A DNA stretch of 64,000 bases, from positions 8,244 to 72,243 of the forward strand of contig NW_004798353.1 in assembly GCF_000002075.1 (NCBI RefSeq), written 5' to 3'. Positions 12,701-24,700 of the stretch are shown here, piece after piece. The position numbers were made by a program, and so were the translations under genes. Every line of letters begins with the position of its first letter. Position 1 is the first letter of the stretch. The notes under the pieces were generated by a model. The model saw nothing but the letters and a program-made list of their open reading frames with translations, was not told the origin of the DNA and did not search any database. The DNA comes from Aplysia californica (taxonomy: Eukaryota).

Positions 12701-15700
12701 CAGTAAAAATTCTCCCCACATCTATTCTCCTTTTTTGTGTTGTTGCTCTCTTGCAACGTCTTATATCTTTGGCACTTATATGACCTAATTGTATTGCCAG
12801 TGCTGTAAAACTCTTACAAAAAAAACAACAACCCAACGAAACCCTAAACATCTTTGGTCCTAATCTCTCCTCCTTCTTTTCTTTGTTGTTCTCTTGTAAT
12901 ATCTCTAATGTCTGGCACTTACATGATCTATTGTGTTGCAAGTGTCATAAAACTCTTACTGAAACTTAATATTTATTGTCCCAATCTCTCCTTTTTTTTG
13001 TATGTTATTCTCTAGTAGCATCTCTAATCTCCGCCACTTATATGACCTATTTGCTTCGCAAGTGTATGAAACTCTTACTACCCCACGGTGCAGTGCCACT
13101 GACTGTAGTGTCTTTAGGTCTTTACCAAAGGGGGGACAATTCTCGTTCAAGCACAGTATAATTGTAAATGGGCTGATTCAGGTCACGCTCATAACTGTGC
13201 CTGATCTACAACAGGGAACTGCTACTTCTTCTTTCTTAATCCTTACTATTGTCATTTTCCTCTACTTCTTTTGTATGTTTGTCACTCTCTTGTGACCTGC
13301 TATTTTCGGGGTGCCTTAATAGTCGAAGCAGACCTTGTGCTGTTGAAGCTAGAGAGGTGAGCAGAATAAGTCTGATTCCCTGTAAAGACTTCTCTGTTTC
13401 CACCCACCCCTTGGCGCTCATATGATCTTATGCAGTTGCGAGCGCCGTAAAACCCTCTACTATAAAAAAAACAACTCTTACTGAAACTTAACTAAAACTC
13501 TCTGCTTCTAGGCAAACAGTGTGTTTCGTATCTGACCACTGGCTCAACTTCAAGATCTACTACGGACCACTTGCCCCTGTGGCCAGTATGGAAACCTTGC
13601 AGCTGGAGTTTGACCAACTCTTCATGAGGGCCACATACAGCATCCTCACAGCTCAGAAGTAAGTCTGTCTGCCTGCTCATATACAACTGTACATGGTGTC
13701 GGTGGTCTCGTATATAGGCTCTCTGACTCTCAATCATAAGTTCATGGGTTTGATTCCTTTTGGAGGCCCAACATTGTGTCCTTTGGAAAGGCACTTTACC
13801 TAAATTTTCCTCATTTCTTCACCCAAGTGGGAATGGATGCCTGGCTATACATGGTGAAAGATCTTATCAGTTTATAAGTATTTGAGCGCTTTTAATCCAC
13901 AGCTTGCACCCGGTATGCTTCCCGGAAACTGAGAATGTTTTTGGGTGTTCTAGATTCTACTGGGGTAATAGTAATTGTAAAGTGCCTATGGCATGCTGTA
14001 GAGCTTGGATATTGGCTATATAAGCACAATTTTCTGTACTTATTAGCTGTAGCGGGGCTCTATAGCTGAGCAGGTATGCTGTTTGCCTTTCAACCTGGAG
14101 GTCCGGAGTTCAATCCCCAGTAGTGCCAGGTTATTTTTGTCATATTTTTTTTTACAGTCCCTGATTTCAAGTTATGTAGGATTGAGCTCCTAAGCTTCTT
14201 GGATAAGGACAAGAAGTTTCAGATGAACCATGTGGGAGTTTCGCACCTTAAAGATCCCTTGGCAGTTCTAAATTTAAAAAGACTAAACTTTGGGCAAGGT
14301 CCCAAATTAATTCCAACCCAAAACTGAAGCTTTTCTAATCAATATAAATATTAAGAGTTCCTTAAAAAATGGCATATAGCTGTTAGTCGGACAAGAGGTG
14401 ATTGTACGAAATATGTAGATAATATGGCCATGTACGTAAAATTAACTAATCTGTGAAATGAAGATCTTACAATCAGTTACTCCCTCCTGTCTTAGTTCCA
14501 GCAGAAGTATAAGAAGAAGAAGAAGTAGATGCACAACTGTACGCACAAAAGGGTACTCAAGACTATGGCAAAAGTAGATGAACTAATGACACTGAAACAT
14601 ACCTGACCTCATGACCAAAAGTTATATGAGTTCATGACTCCGTCTTCCCTGCACCAAAGTTCAGCTGCTCTTACTCATGCACACAGACCTAAAGATATGC
14701 ACAACCATTTTTTTTGTGTCTGAAGATGACCTTGTTTTACCTTTCATCCTCATTTTGATTAAAACTTTCTAGGACAGCCCATTTTGCCATTGTATCACAA
14801 CTAGAATTGGTTTGATTACTGACCTAATTGTTGGTATTCATAAGTTTCTGTCAGTATTTAGAACATTAGGGTTGTGCATGACCTATTCAGTTAAATCCTT
14901 TTTAAGAGACAATTTTGGTGGAATTTGTTTAACCTCTAGTCATGGTTTTCCATATCTTTACCACTCTGCCTCAGTGGACTATATGATTTCAGGTTTGTTA
15001 TTTTACTACAGTTATTGTATTTTGTTTGTTTGACTTTTGTTGTATGAGAGATCAGCAAGATCGCAAATGGGGTTTGCTGTCTTTTTTGTTCAGTTTAGTA
15101 GTTGTTTTTTTCCCCCCTGCTTCTGTTTGGTAATGAAAGATGTTTGAACAAAAGATGATACGCACAGTGAAAGAGATTTATTAATTGACGTTCTCAACAT
15201 TTTTGTTATTGCTCCTAGTGTTGTATTATATGCAGTGTATGTGTACACATGTCCATGTGTGTGTGAATATGTGTATATGGTTGGGTGTGTGTGTGTGTTT
15301 TTGTGTGTAGTGTAAGAGAGAGAGAGAGAGAGATCCCTTTGAATTTGTGTGTTGTGTTTGGTGTTACTGTTACTCAGCACAATGCTTCCTTTTTTACCTC
15401 TTTTTTTTTATGTTCCCATCGTAATTTGCTTTTTGTTAAAAGCTTTTTATACAATGACTTGTTACTGCTTCCAGCTCCTGACTTGGCACTCCCTCTTTAT
15501 TTGCGCTCTTCAGTTGTCAGTGTAATAGTTGAAAGTTCTGTTCCGAGAGGGTGTTACACAATCATGTTGTTGTTGTTGAGTTCAATGTGGCAAAGTGAGT
15601 GTTTGGTGGATGCTCTGGTGTGATTTGCTTCTTTGTTTAAGATTTAACAGGTTCTTACTTTTACCCCTCAATACAGCCCCTTGTAGATGTGATAGCTTCT

Positions 15701-18700
15701 TTAGAGTTTATGGAAATGGTAGAAGTTGTTGCGAAAGTGTATGTGTCCGTGTTCTAAGATGTAATATTTTATATTTTCTTAATGACTGTGTCTGTCTTAT
15801 TGTTTTTACTAACATTATCTTAATACTTTCAAATATCTGTGAAAGTCATGGGATGGACTGTTGATCTAAATTTGTCGTCGGTGAATCTGAGAACAATTCT
15901 GAAAGAGTCTTAGAATTGACATGATTGTGTGCAGTTTTGCCCCTCAGCCTTCATGGAGGGGAAAGTTAGGGCATGGAGTCTTTGTTTGTTTTGGAGCCAG
16001 GTATTCTGTGCTGCTCAAGCCACTACAGTTTACTCTGAGCTAATTTTTCTATAGAAGTGCTCATTGTGGCTCACCTCTTTTTGCTATAGATAAGTCAGTT
16101 CTGGGGTGACTGAAACTGAGAATTTATTTAAACAAAGTCGCTGAATTCTGGTTTAGAAACATATTAACATATCATTTTTGTGTGGTGGTTATTACGTCTT
16201 GTAATATGCAAATTGTGCTATTGTCACATGCGCACAGTTTAGGGTATTTCAAATATTTTCTGAAAGATTTTGGAGAAAGATGGTCAAATTTTGAAAGTAT
16301 GTGTTGTCAGGTTTGTGTATTTATCCAAAGTTAATAATGATAATAATATTAGTAATAATAATAATGATAATAATAATAATAAAAACAACAATAAAATAAT
16401 AATGGAATTTATATATGGCCTAATCCCAGAAAGCTTTAAGCGCTGATGTAAATCTCTCTGACACTCACATTCGGGTTTCTCTTCACAGACTAGGCTCATG
16501 GCAGTTTATGGCAGACATGCCGTACACCTGTGTGTCCACCGACAGCATGTGGCAGCTGCTCTGGGTACTGCATCAAGGTCAAGGTCAGGTGGTCAATCTC
16601 GACCGATTGCCCCCTGTCCAGAAGTGCAAGGAATACCTGGAGGGTAAGTCACACACTGTGCTTTATGTGTTCCTGAAGCTGTTTGCGTAATGTGCTTTGT
16701 GGTATGTGTCGGTGTGTGTAAGCCAGGAATACTGTGTAGATACTATGTGGTGTTTGGAATTTTGCTGTGTGCTGAAAAATAGTGTATAAATAATTTCTAT
16801 CCCTCCCCAAAAATCAAATCGTGGACCAACTCTTCACCCATGCTAAGTCCCAATTTTTAAAAATAATTTGTCTTCAACTTTTTATTCTGTGATATCAGTT
16901 CGTTGTGTTTGAGAAAGATTTATTTTTGTTGAAATCCAAATTCTAAATGGTGAAAGAAAGAAAAAGCAAGAAGAGTTATGTGATTTAGGTACAGTCTTTG
17001 AAAGAATGTAACAGTATTTTCTCTCTCATGAAAAATGTTGCTTACTGGTTTAGATGGGTTTGGAAAAGTTGAACAGCTTGTCAATGAAATGTATTGCTGT
17101 TTGTGTTTATTGCTTTTCCTTCTGTCATGGTGCAGATCCAGACAGCTGGCAACAGCTAGCGGACAACCTGCTGCACATGCCTACATCAGAGGCCATCTAC
17201 CTACTGACCACCTTTGCCAACATGGCCAGCTGTCGCTCTTACGAGGAAGAAGCCTTCATACAAACCATCACCCTGGAGGTTTTTGAGGTAGGATAATAAT
17301 TTTAGTAATAATAATAATAATACAAATAATACTCGTAATAATCATAATCATAATTATGATCATATTAATAATCATAATAATTATGATAGAACAAAAAAAT
17401 AATAAAAGTGATAAATTTGGTTTAAAGGAAGAACATTTCCACTATTAAAATGCTCAATGGGCTTAGCAATGATATAACGTACACTTGCACAATACGTCTC
17501 AATAGCTATCCTATCTCTCTCTCTGTCCTCATCCTTCGCTTCNNNNNNNNNNNNNNNNNNNNNNNNNNNNNNNNNNNNNNNNNNNNNNNNNNNNNNNNNN
17601 NNNNNNNNNNNNNNNNNNNNNNNNNNNNNNNNNNNNNNNNNNNNNNNNNNNNNNNNNNNNNNNNNNNNNNNNNNNNNNNNNNNNNNNNNNNNNNNNNNNN
17701 NNNNNNNNNNNNNNNNNNNNNNNNNNNNNNNNNNAGGGCTATCTCGCTCTCCATCAACATACACACACACGCAAAATACAAACATATTCTATATCACNNN
17801 NNNNNNNNNNNNNNNNNNNNNNNNNNNNNNNNNNNNNNNNNNNNNNNNNNNNNNNNNNNNNNNNNNNNNNNNNNNNNNNNNNNNNNNNNNNNNNNNNNNN
17901 NNNNNNNNNNNNNNNNNNNNNNNNNNNNNNNNNNNNNNNNNNNNNNNNNNNNNNNNNNNNNNNNNNNNNNNNNNNNNNNNNNNNNNNNNNNNNNNNNNNN
18001 NNNNNNNNNNNNNNNNNNNNNNNNNNNNNNNNNNNNNNNNNNNNNNNNNNNNNNNNNNNNNNNNNNNNNNNNNNNNNNNNNNNNNNNNNNNNNNNNNNNN
18101 NNNNNNNNNNNTGAGCTTCGTGGTAATAGAACTTCAGAATCATGGTACAAGGCACTGACACTTACTACAAGGAGATGTTTAACTGTCTGCTATTGACGGC
18201 CTTCCTTGTCTCCTCCACAGATTGCTTACATTTGTAACCACACCCGAGAGTTCTGCTCCAAGGTGGGCAGGGAGCTTCTGTCTGGCATTATCCAGACTCA
18301 CCCAACGGCCTTGTCCTTCCTGTTGGCCAGGGTCAAGGACGTGCTGGCCAAACTGGGCAAAGTAAGTTGCATCGTGCTATCTGATTGAAAGGCTGGCTAA
18401 GCCACCTCATTTTAGGGGGACTTCTCTGTTGAGATCCACCCCTTGGCGCTCCTATGACCTGATGCAGTTGCGAGCGCCGTGAGACTTTACTGAAACATGA
18501 GCTTAGGAATCATTCAAAGGGAAATTTGTGTTTGTACTAATGAGTATGGGAATGGTTATAGCGTGCTGCAGATAGGCCCTATTGTGTATATGTTTCTCCT
18601 CATTCCAGAATTTATCATACATTTAGGAAATAAGCATCATTCTGGCAAAAGGCCCCTGATTGATTTGATTTTAAATTAATAGACTCCTCCTGTTTGAATT

Positions 18701-21700
18701 TACTTTTAAAAAAGCACTTGAACATGAGTCTGTCATGCTTGTTGAACATACAAGTAAACATCCAGCATTTGTAATTGATTGCACATTTTGAACCCTGTTT
18801 TTGAGTATGTGCATTTTTAGAATTTCCGTGTAGAATTTTCCATCTCTTCGTGTATGTCCTCATGTATGTTACTCATCAATACTTATATCCTATTAGTTTG
18901 TGCCACTTAGTGATGTCCTCTAAATCTTGTTCCTAGATGTCGCTGTACTTGTTCTCGGAGCTCCCCGTGAGTATATGGCAGCCCTCAGACCCGGACATCC
19001 TCATCCTGCGCCAGTGGTTGCTGAACTTTGACCTCCTGTCTTCGGAGAACCAGCTTGCACGGGTTATTCTTGGCAAAATCAACTGGGATGTTTTTGAGCA
19101 GGTAATAGATGACTTGTAGTAAGTAGTGCTTGTAGAAACATTTAGGGGTACTTTTTAAAAGTCTTTTTTTTTTTCTGACGTCTTACTTGAGTGGAATCAA
19201 TGTTGTTGAGAGATTACAAAGGCCTTGAATTGATTTTCCTGCAAATGAGAAGGACAAGTTGTTCTTTCTTTCACCAGATGAACACATTTTGTACCGAAGT
19301 GCATAAATTATGTTATCTGAGTCAGGGTCTCCTTTATAATAGCGTCTCTGTCACCAGCCTTATCCTTCATAAGCTAATTCAGAGCCCCTCAGCTGTGGAG
19401 GATCACTTTGCCATTGTTCATATTTGCAAGAAACCCACTGGGTAAAGTGTAATGGAGGTATCACTTTGAAAAGCATCCCTATTATGCGAGCATCTGAGGA
19501 TGAAATATGAACACAGGGAACCCCTGTGTGTGTGCTCACGTTCTTGTTTCTTGCAAGTATTCACAGCGAACTTTGATATAGTTTTTTTAAAAAACTACTA
19601 CAATTTTTCATTTTTTAAAAAGAACTTTAAAGGTAACATTTTTCCTCTTGATTACTTACTCTAGACTGGCCGCCTGGTGGTGGATGTCCGACTTCACCGT
19701 CAGATGGCGCTTCTCCTGGTGGAGGCGTACACACGCTTCATCGCCGACAAGAAAGCTGGCTTCTTCATCATGGAGGGAATGAGACAGGTATGCTCAAGTT
19801 TCAACAGACTCAACAGACAAGTAATGGTGTGTTACTTTTGATTTGGTGAGAAGGAGAAATATTTTTTTGTGCTTATGTCATGTTTTGGTCATGTGGCGAT
19901 ACATGCATCAATGTCATATTCTATCGTTCTTAACTCTCCTCGTGCTTTTCTATGTACATTACCCTCTAGTAACACCACTAATCTTCGGAACTGTAATCGC
20001 CTATTTGTGTTGCAAGTGCAGGTGTTTGAAGGGAGCCACTTGTAGGTCCTACTACTTTACTTTCGCTCTGTTGTTTCTGTCTGTCTGTGGGTGTTATTTT
20101 TTCCCAACACTAAATAACCATTATTGTGTCAATGTGCTTCTCTCTACTCAACAAACAACAACATCGAGAACAAATGTGTTGCAAATGCCGTAAAACTTTT
20201 ACCTTAAACTCAAACTGAAACCCTCTCTCGCCTCGGTGTCCCCACAGATGGCTTTCTACATGTCGTCGAGCCTCACAGCCGAGCAGAGCTTCAACAACTG
20301 GGTCTGGGACCTGGCCATCCGGCTCAAGCTGCACCAACACAGTGTCCTGCTTCACGCGATGGGGGTCGTGGACCTCAACTTTCAGCCTCCCAACCTGGGC
20401 GGAGACGCGTGGCTGCTCCCCGTGCTGAAAGGCACGAGCAACAAAACCCCCATCGCATGCTTCGTGGCTCTGACCATGACAAACATTGGGCATGAGTGAG
20501 TTGGAATTTGTTTTGTTATTTAAAAAAAAAGAAAGATTGGATTATCAAATAATGTGTTAGTTAGGGTTTTTACATTTGGACACTGTTGGTGGAAGTCTTT
20601 TTGTATAGGTCTTGATTTTTTTTTTTGTGATTTCAAATTTTCGACATTCAGAATGAATAAGTCTGTCTCTAGTCCTTTACTGTAACATTTGTCTTTTATA
20701 TGTTTCACAAAATTACTGTCACTTGGGTATTGCCGTGGAGGAATTATGAAATGTGTGTGTGCCTGGAGAAAGGTTACAGTTGTCGGCAAAGCTGTTTTTG
20801 AGCAACGGGGTGAAACGAACGTGGTCAAAAATTTTGTTGTCTTCAAACACACGTTTAACCTTTTCTCAGTAATGTATTGAAAGTATTTTACACTATTTTA
20901 AGTGACAGTATTGTTTTTTAAAACTATTTTTACATGTACTTCTCTAAAGGTGAAAAATTCGCTTGAAATTGGGTCGACATAATATTTAAGCCGTTTTTCT
21001 TCAACCGTTGATTTTACACCCTGTGTCATAAAATGTTGATTATCTTTAAAACTACTCAAGGTATTTAAAAACTTTTAAAATCAGCATGTTCAGCACTGAA
21101 TTTGCTACAAGAATATGCCCTTATTTCAGTATCCAAAATTTCCAACAAGTGGAACCTTTCTCCAGGAACATGCACATATGTTCCCTGGCACAGGATTTCT
21201 AGAGCTGAATGTTAGAGTACAATTTGTCATGTAAATTTTTTTTCCGCAGCATCACGAGCTTTATCTCAGAAGGCCTTGACCTTCTGGCTGTGTTGACGGC
21301 CAACTACCAGTACACCACGGCTATTCACGTCATCGGCTGTGTGTTCCCGATGTTCATCGACTGCCCACAGTATCTGCTGGAGAACATCAAGTATGCCTCC
21401 AGTTGTCTTTCCTTTCATGTTCAGAAATGCTGATTTTCTGGATTATTCCAGAAATCTAGCTTAATCCGAAAATCCAGATTTCTTACCGTATTGGATTTTG
21501 TCGTATGTGTTATAATGCAGTAGAATCAGGGGCTCATCAGTTTTTGGGCATGTGAAGTTACTGGTATCGTCTTAAAGCTTGTTCGTTTGTCTTGTTTGAG
21601 AGGGAGATAGACAAAGGTGGAGAGAGAGAGAGAGAGAGAGGGGAATAAATGCTTTCCCATTTTTTAGATGTTTGTATGTACAGTACAGAACAAATCTGTT

Positions 21701-24700
21701 AGATTTAGATAGATTATACACATTCCCTTTGTTTGTCCTGTATACATTTCCAGCCCTATTCCCTTATTTGTCCAGCTTCATCCAGATCATTCAGTCATTG
21801 CTGGGTGCAGATGAATCATTGCTAAAGTCCACCAAGTCGACCATCATGAGTGTGGAGTTCCCTGGTCTGGTCACGCAGCAGCTCACAGAGATGATTCAGG
21901 TGGGAATAGAATATTTATGACTGGTGCCCTTGTGTCTGCATGTATGTGTTTGTGTGCCTGTGTGTGTGTGTGTGTGTTTGAGGGGGAGAGAGAGAGAGTG
22001 AAAGATAGATTAAGAAAGTGATGAAAAGCGTTTGTCTCTGTTGTTGGATGAGTAATTTGTGGTTTTGAGTGGCTTGCTCCTTTCTACTTTTTCTGTGTTN
22101 NNNNNNNNNNNNNNNNNNNNNNNNNNNNNNNNNNNNNNNNNNNNNNNNNNNNNNNNNNNNNNNNNNNNNNNNNNNNNNNNNNNNNNNNNNNNNNNNNNNN
22201 NNNNNNNNNNNNNNNNNNNNNNNNNNNNNNNNNNNNNNNNNNNNNNNNNNNNNNNNNNNNNNNNNNNNNNNNNNNNNNNNNNNNNNNNNNNNNNNNNNNN
22301 NNNNNNNNNNNNNNNNNNNNNNNNNNNNNNNNNNNNNNNTCTCTCTCTCTCTCTCTCTCTCTTTCTATCTCCCTCTCTCTCTCTCTCCATTTGCATATCA
22401 ATGTTACTGTCTGGATGTTATTTCTAACTTCTTTAACTCCACAACTCTGTCACAAGAGTATTCTTGAATCCCTAATTAAAGTGACTCAATTCAGCATAAA
22501 ATTAGATGTCTTAAAAAAAAAAATCCATCAGAAGTAAATTTATAAGTAAATGCACCCGATGACTCCTGGTGACTGCAAGGTTTTCTAATGTTTGTGACAT
22601 TAAGGCTGCTGCAGATTTAAAAAAGTTACCAACTCAAAGTCTGATTCTTTGTTAGTATTGTTGTAGCTTGGGTTGTTTAACAAGGATGGGTATTGAACCC
22701 CTCACCCAATTCTCCCTCTTTCTCAGCTGGGCTAGGAATTGTTTGTAGTGTGGGAACAGTTACAAAACTGGCCCAGAATTGAGATGCATGGGGCGCTTTT
22801 GTGGGCAGCTTATGTTCCAGGCGGAACCACAGGAAATGATGATGATTATAATGATGAAGATGATTAGATGATGATGATGATGGTCTCAAGTTTACATTTT
22901 TTTCTCCCGCAGGCTTTGATCACCAGTCACCTGACGCATAGAAAAGGGGACAAAGTCATTATGTTTTGGGTCAATGTTATCTTCAAAGTCTGCAAGTTCT
23001 TCACAGACAGGTAACTCTATTTGTAATTTTGGAAATTTTTTTCAGATTGCTTCGCTGTAAGTGTGAAACTTGAGTGACGGTTTTACCTTTACATAGATTG
23101 TGCTCTTGTTTTGCTTTTTTTTGCTCGTTTTATGTTTTAGTACTACAGTCGGAGCAACACGTAATTTGGTTTTGTGAAGCCTGTGATTGTTGTGTCCGTA
23201 CTGAATATGAACAGAACTTATGCAGTTTCTTTTCCATCAGAATAACATCTTGTACTATATCATCGGCAAGTTACTCAAATGTCTAAAGCCCGGAAAGAAA
23301 AATTGTTCTGTAGAGACAAAGTACTCTTATTGTTTGAGAAATTATGTACCATTTCTTGCTTTTTTCAACATTTAGAATTTGCATTTTGACAAGGTATTTT
23401 AGGGATTAACTCGTTCAACTTCAATTCGTTCATTGTTTGACACAGACCTGTGGTTTTTTTTCTTGTATACAGAAACAGCTGCTATGTGGCAGACACCCTG
23501 ATCCAGTGGTGCTTTGTGAAGAAAGGAGTCAATGATGTGATGGCTATGATCTTTCGCGAAAATTACTTGGTGAGTCCACAGAGGGGGTTTTTGGTAGCAT
23601 AGAGCTGTGGGTGGTTGGTGGGTGCTCTGGTGTGGTTTGCTTCTTCTTTCCTATCAAACATAGATCTATCGTCCTAATCTCCCCTCCTTCTTTTTTTATG
23701 TTTGTTACTCTCTTGTAACACATCTAATCTTCTGGCGCTCATATGACCTTATGCAGTTGCGAGCGCCATAAAACCTCTACTAAAACAACAGCATAGAGCT
23801 GATGGTTTGACCTTTCCTGGAGGCACAGAACCCCACACAAGTTTCATATCTGCATTCACAGAACCCTTTGAGTGGGGTGAACCTCTTGCCTAGTCCTATC
23901 AAAATGATGCCATCTGATAACGTCGTACACATGATGTGTTAGCTATAGTCTACACAATGTTATACTAATGCTGTAGATGGTAGACTGTACCGAGTGGGTG
24001 GTTGGCGGGTGCTCTAGTGTGGTTTGGTCCTTCTTTCCTATCAAACATCTATCGTCCTTATCTCTCTTCCTTTTTTTGTGTTTGTTACTCTCTTGTACCA
24101 CCTCTAATCTTTGGGATTTGCATGTCTAACTTTGCATTATATTTCTCTCTCTCTCTCTTGCCCTTTTTAACTCCCAGTGCGGCATTGGCCATCAACAACA
24201 TTTCTTCAGCGAAGCATGTCCTATGCGTCTTTTTCTAGCTGTTTCCATGATGTCCCCGCCTTTTTCATTTCCGTTTGTACCGCTCGCCTCCTTGTCATCT
24301 TTGATCTTCCTTTCTTACATTTTCCTTGTGGACTCCTGGTCCACGTCAAAGCCTGCTTGTGGGTGGTTGGCGGGTGCTCTGGTGTGGTTTGCTCCTGCTT
24401 TCCTATCAAACATCTATCATCTTTATCTCCCCTCCTTCTTTTTTGTGTTTGTTACTCTCTTGTAACACCTCTAATCTTCGGCACTTATATAACCTTATTG
24501 TGTTGCAAGTGCCGTAAAACTCTTACTAAACTAAAAGCCTGCTTGATGATATCTTGTCGGGGGTCTCCTCAGGGCGTGCCCAATCCATTTCCATTTCTTC
24601 ACCTGTACGTCTTCCTTTACTGACCTTTATTATTTTTCTACCTCGTCCAGAAATTCTGCTACGCCTTCAAGAACCGGCAAGGGGCGCTGTCCTCCATGTG

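Noticed and set aside
14054-14127. tRNA gene
   Set aside because: A/B boxes are present but the stems are imperfect and the sequence continues into a SINE core
17381-18196. Long ORFs containing X runs (also near 22.0-22.5, 25.6-26.0 and 59.5-60.6 kb)
   Set aside because: Artefacts of N gaps, apart from the true exon-23 portion
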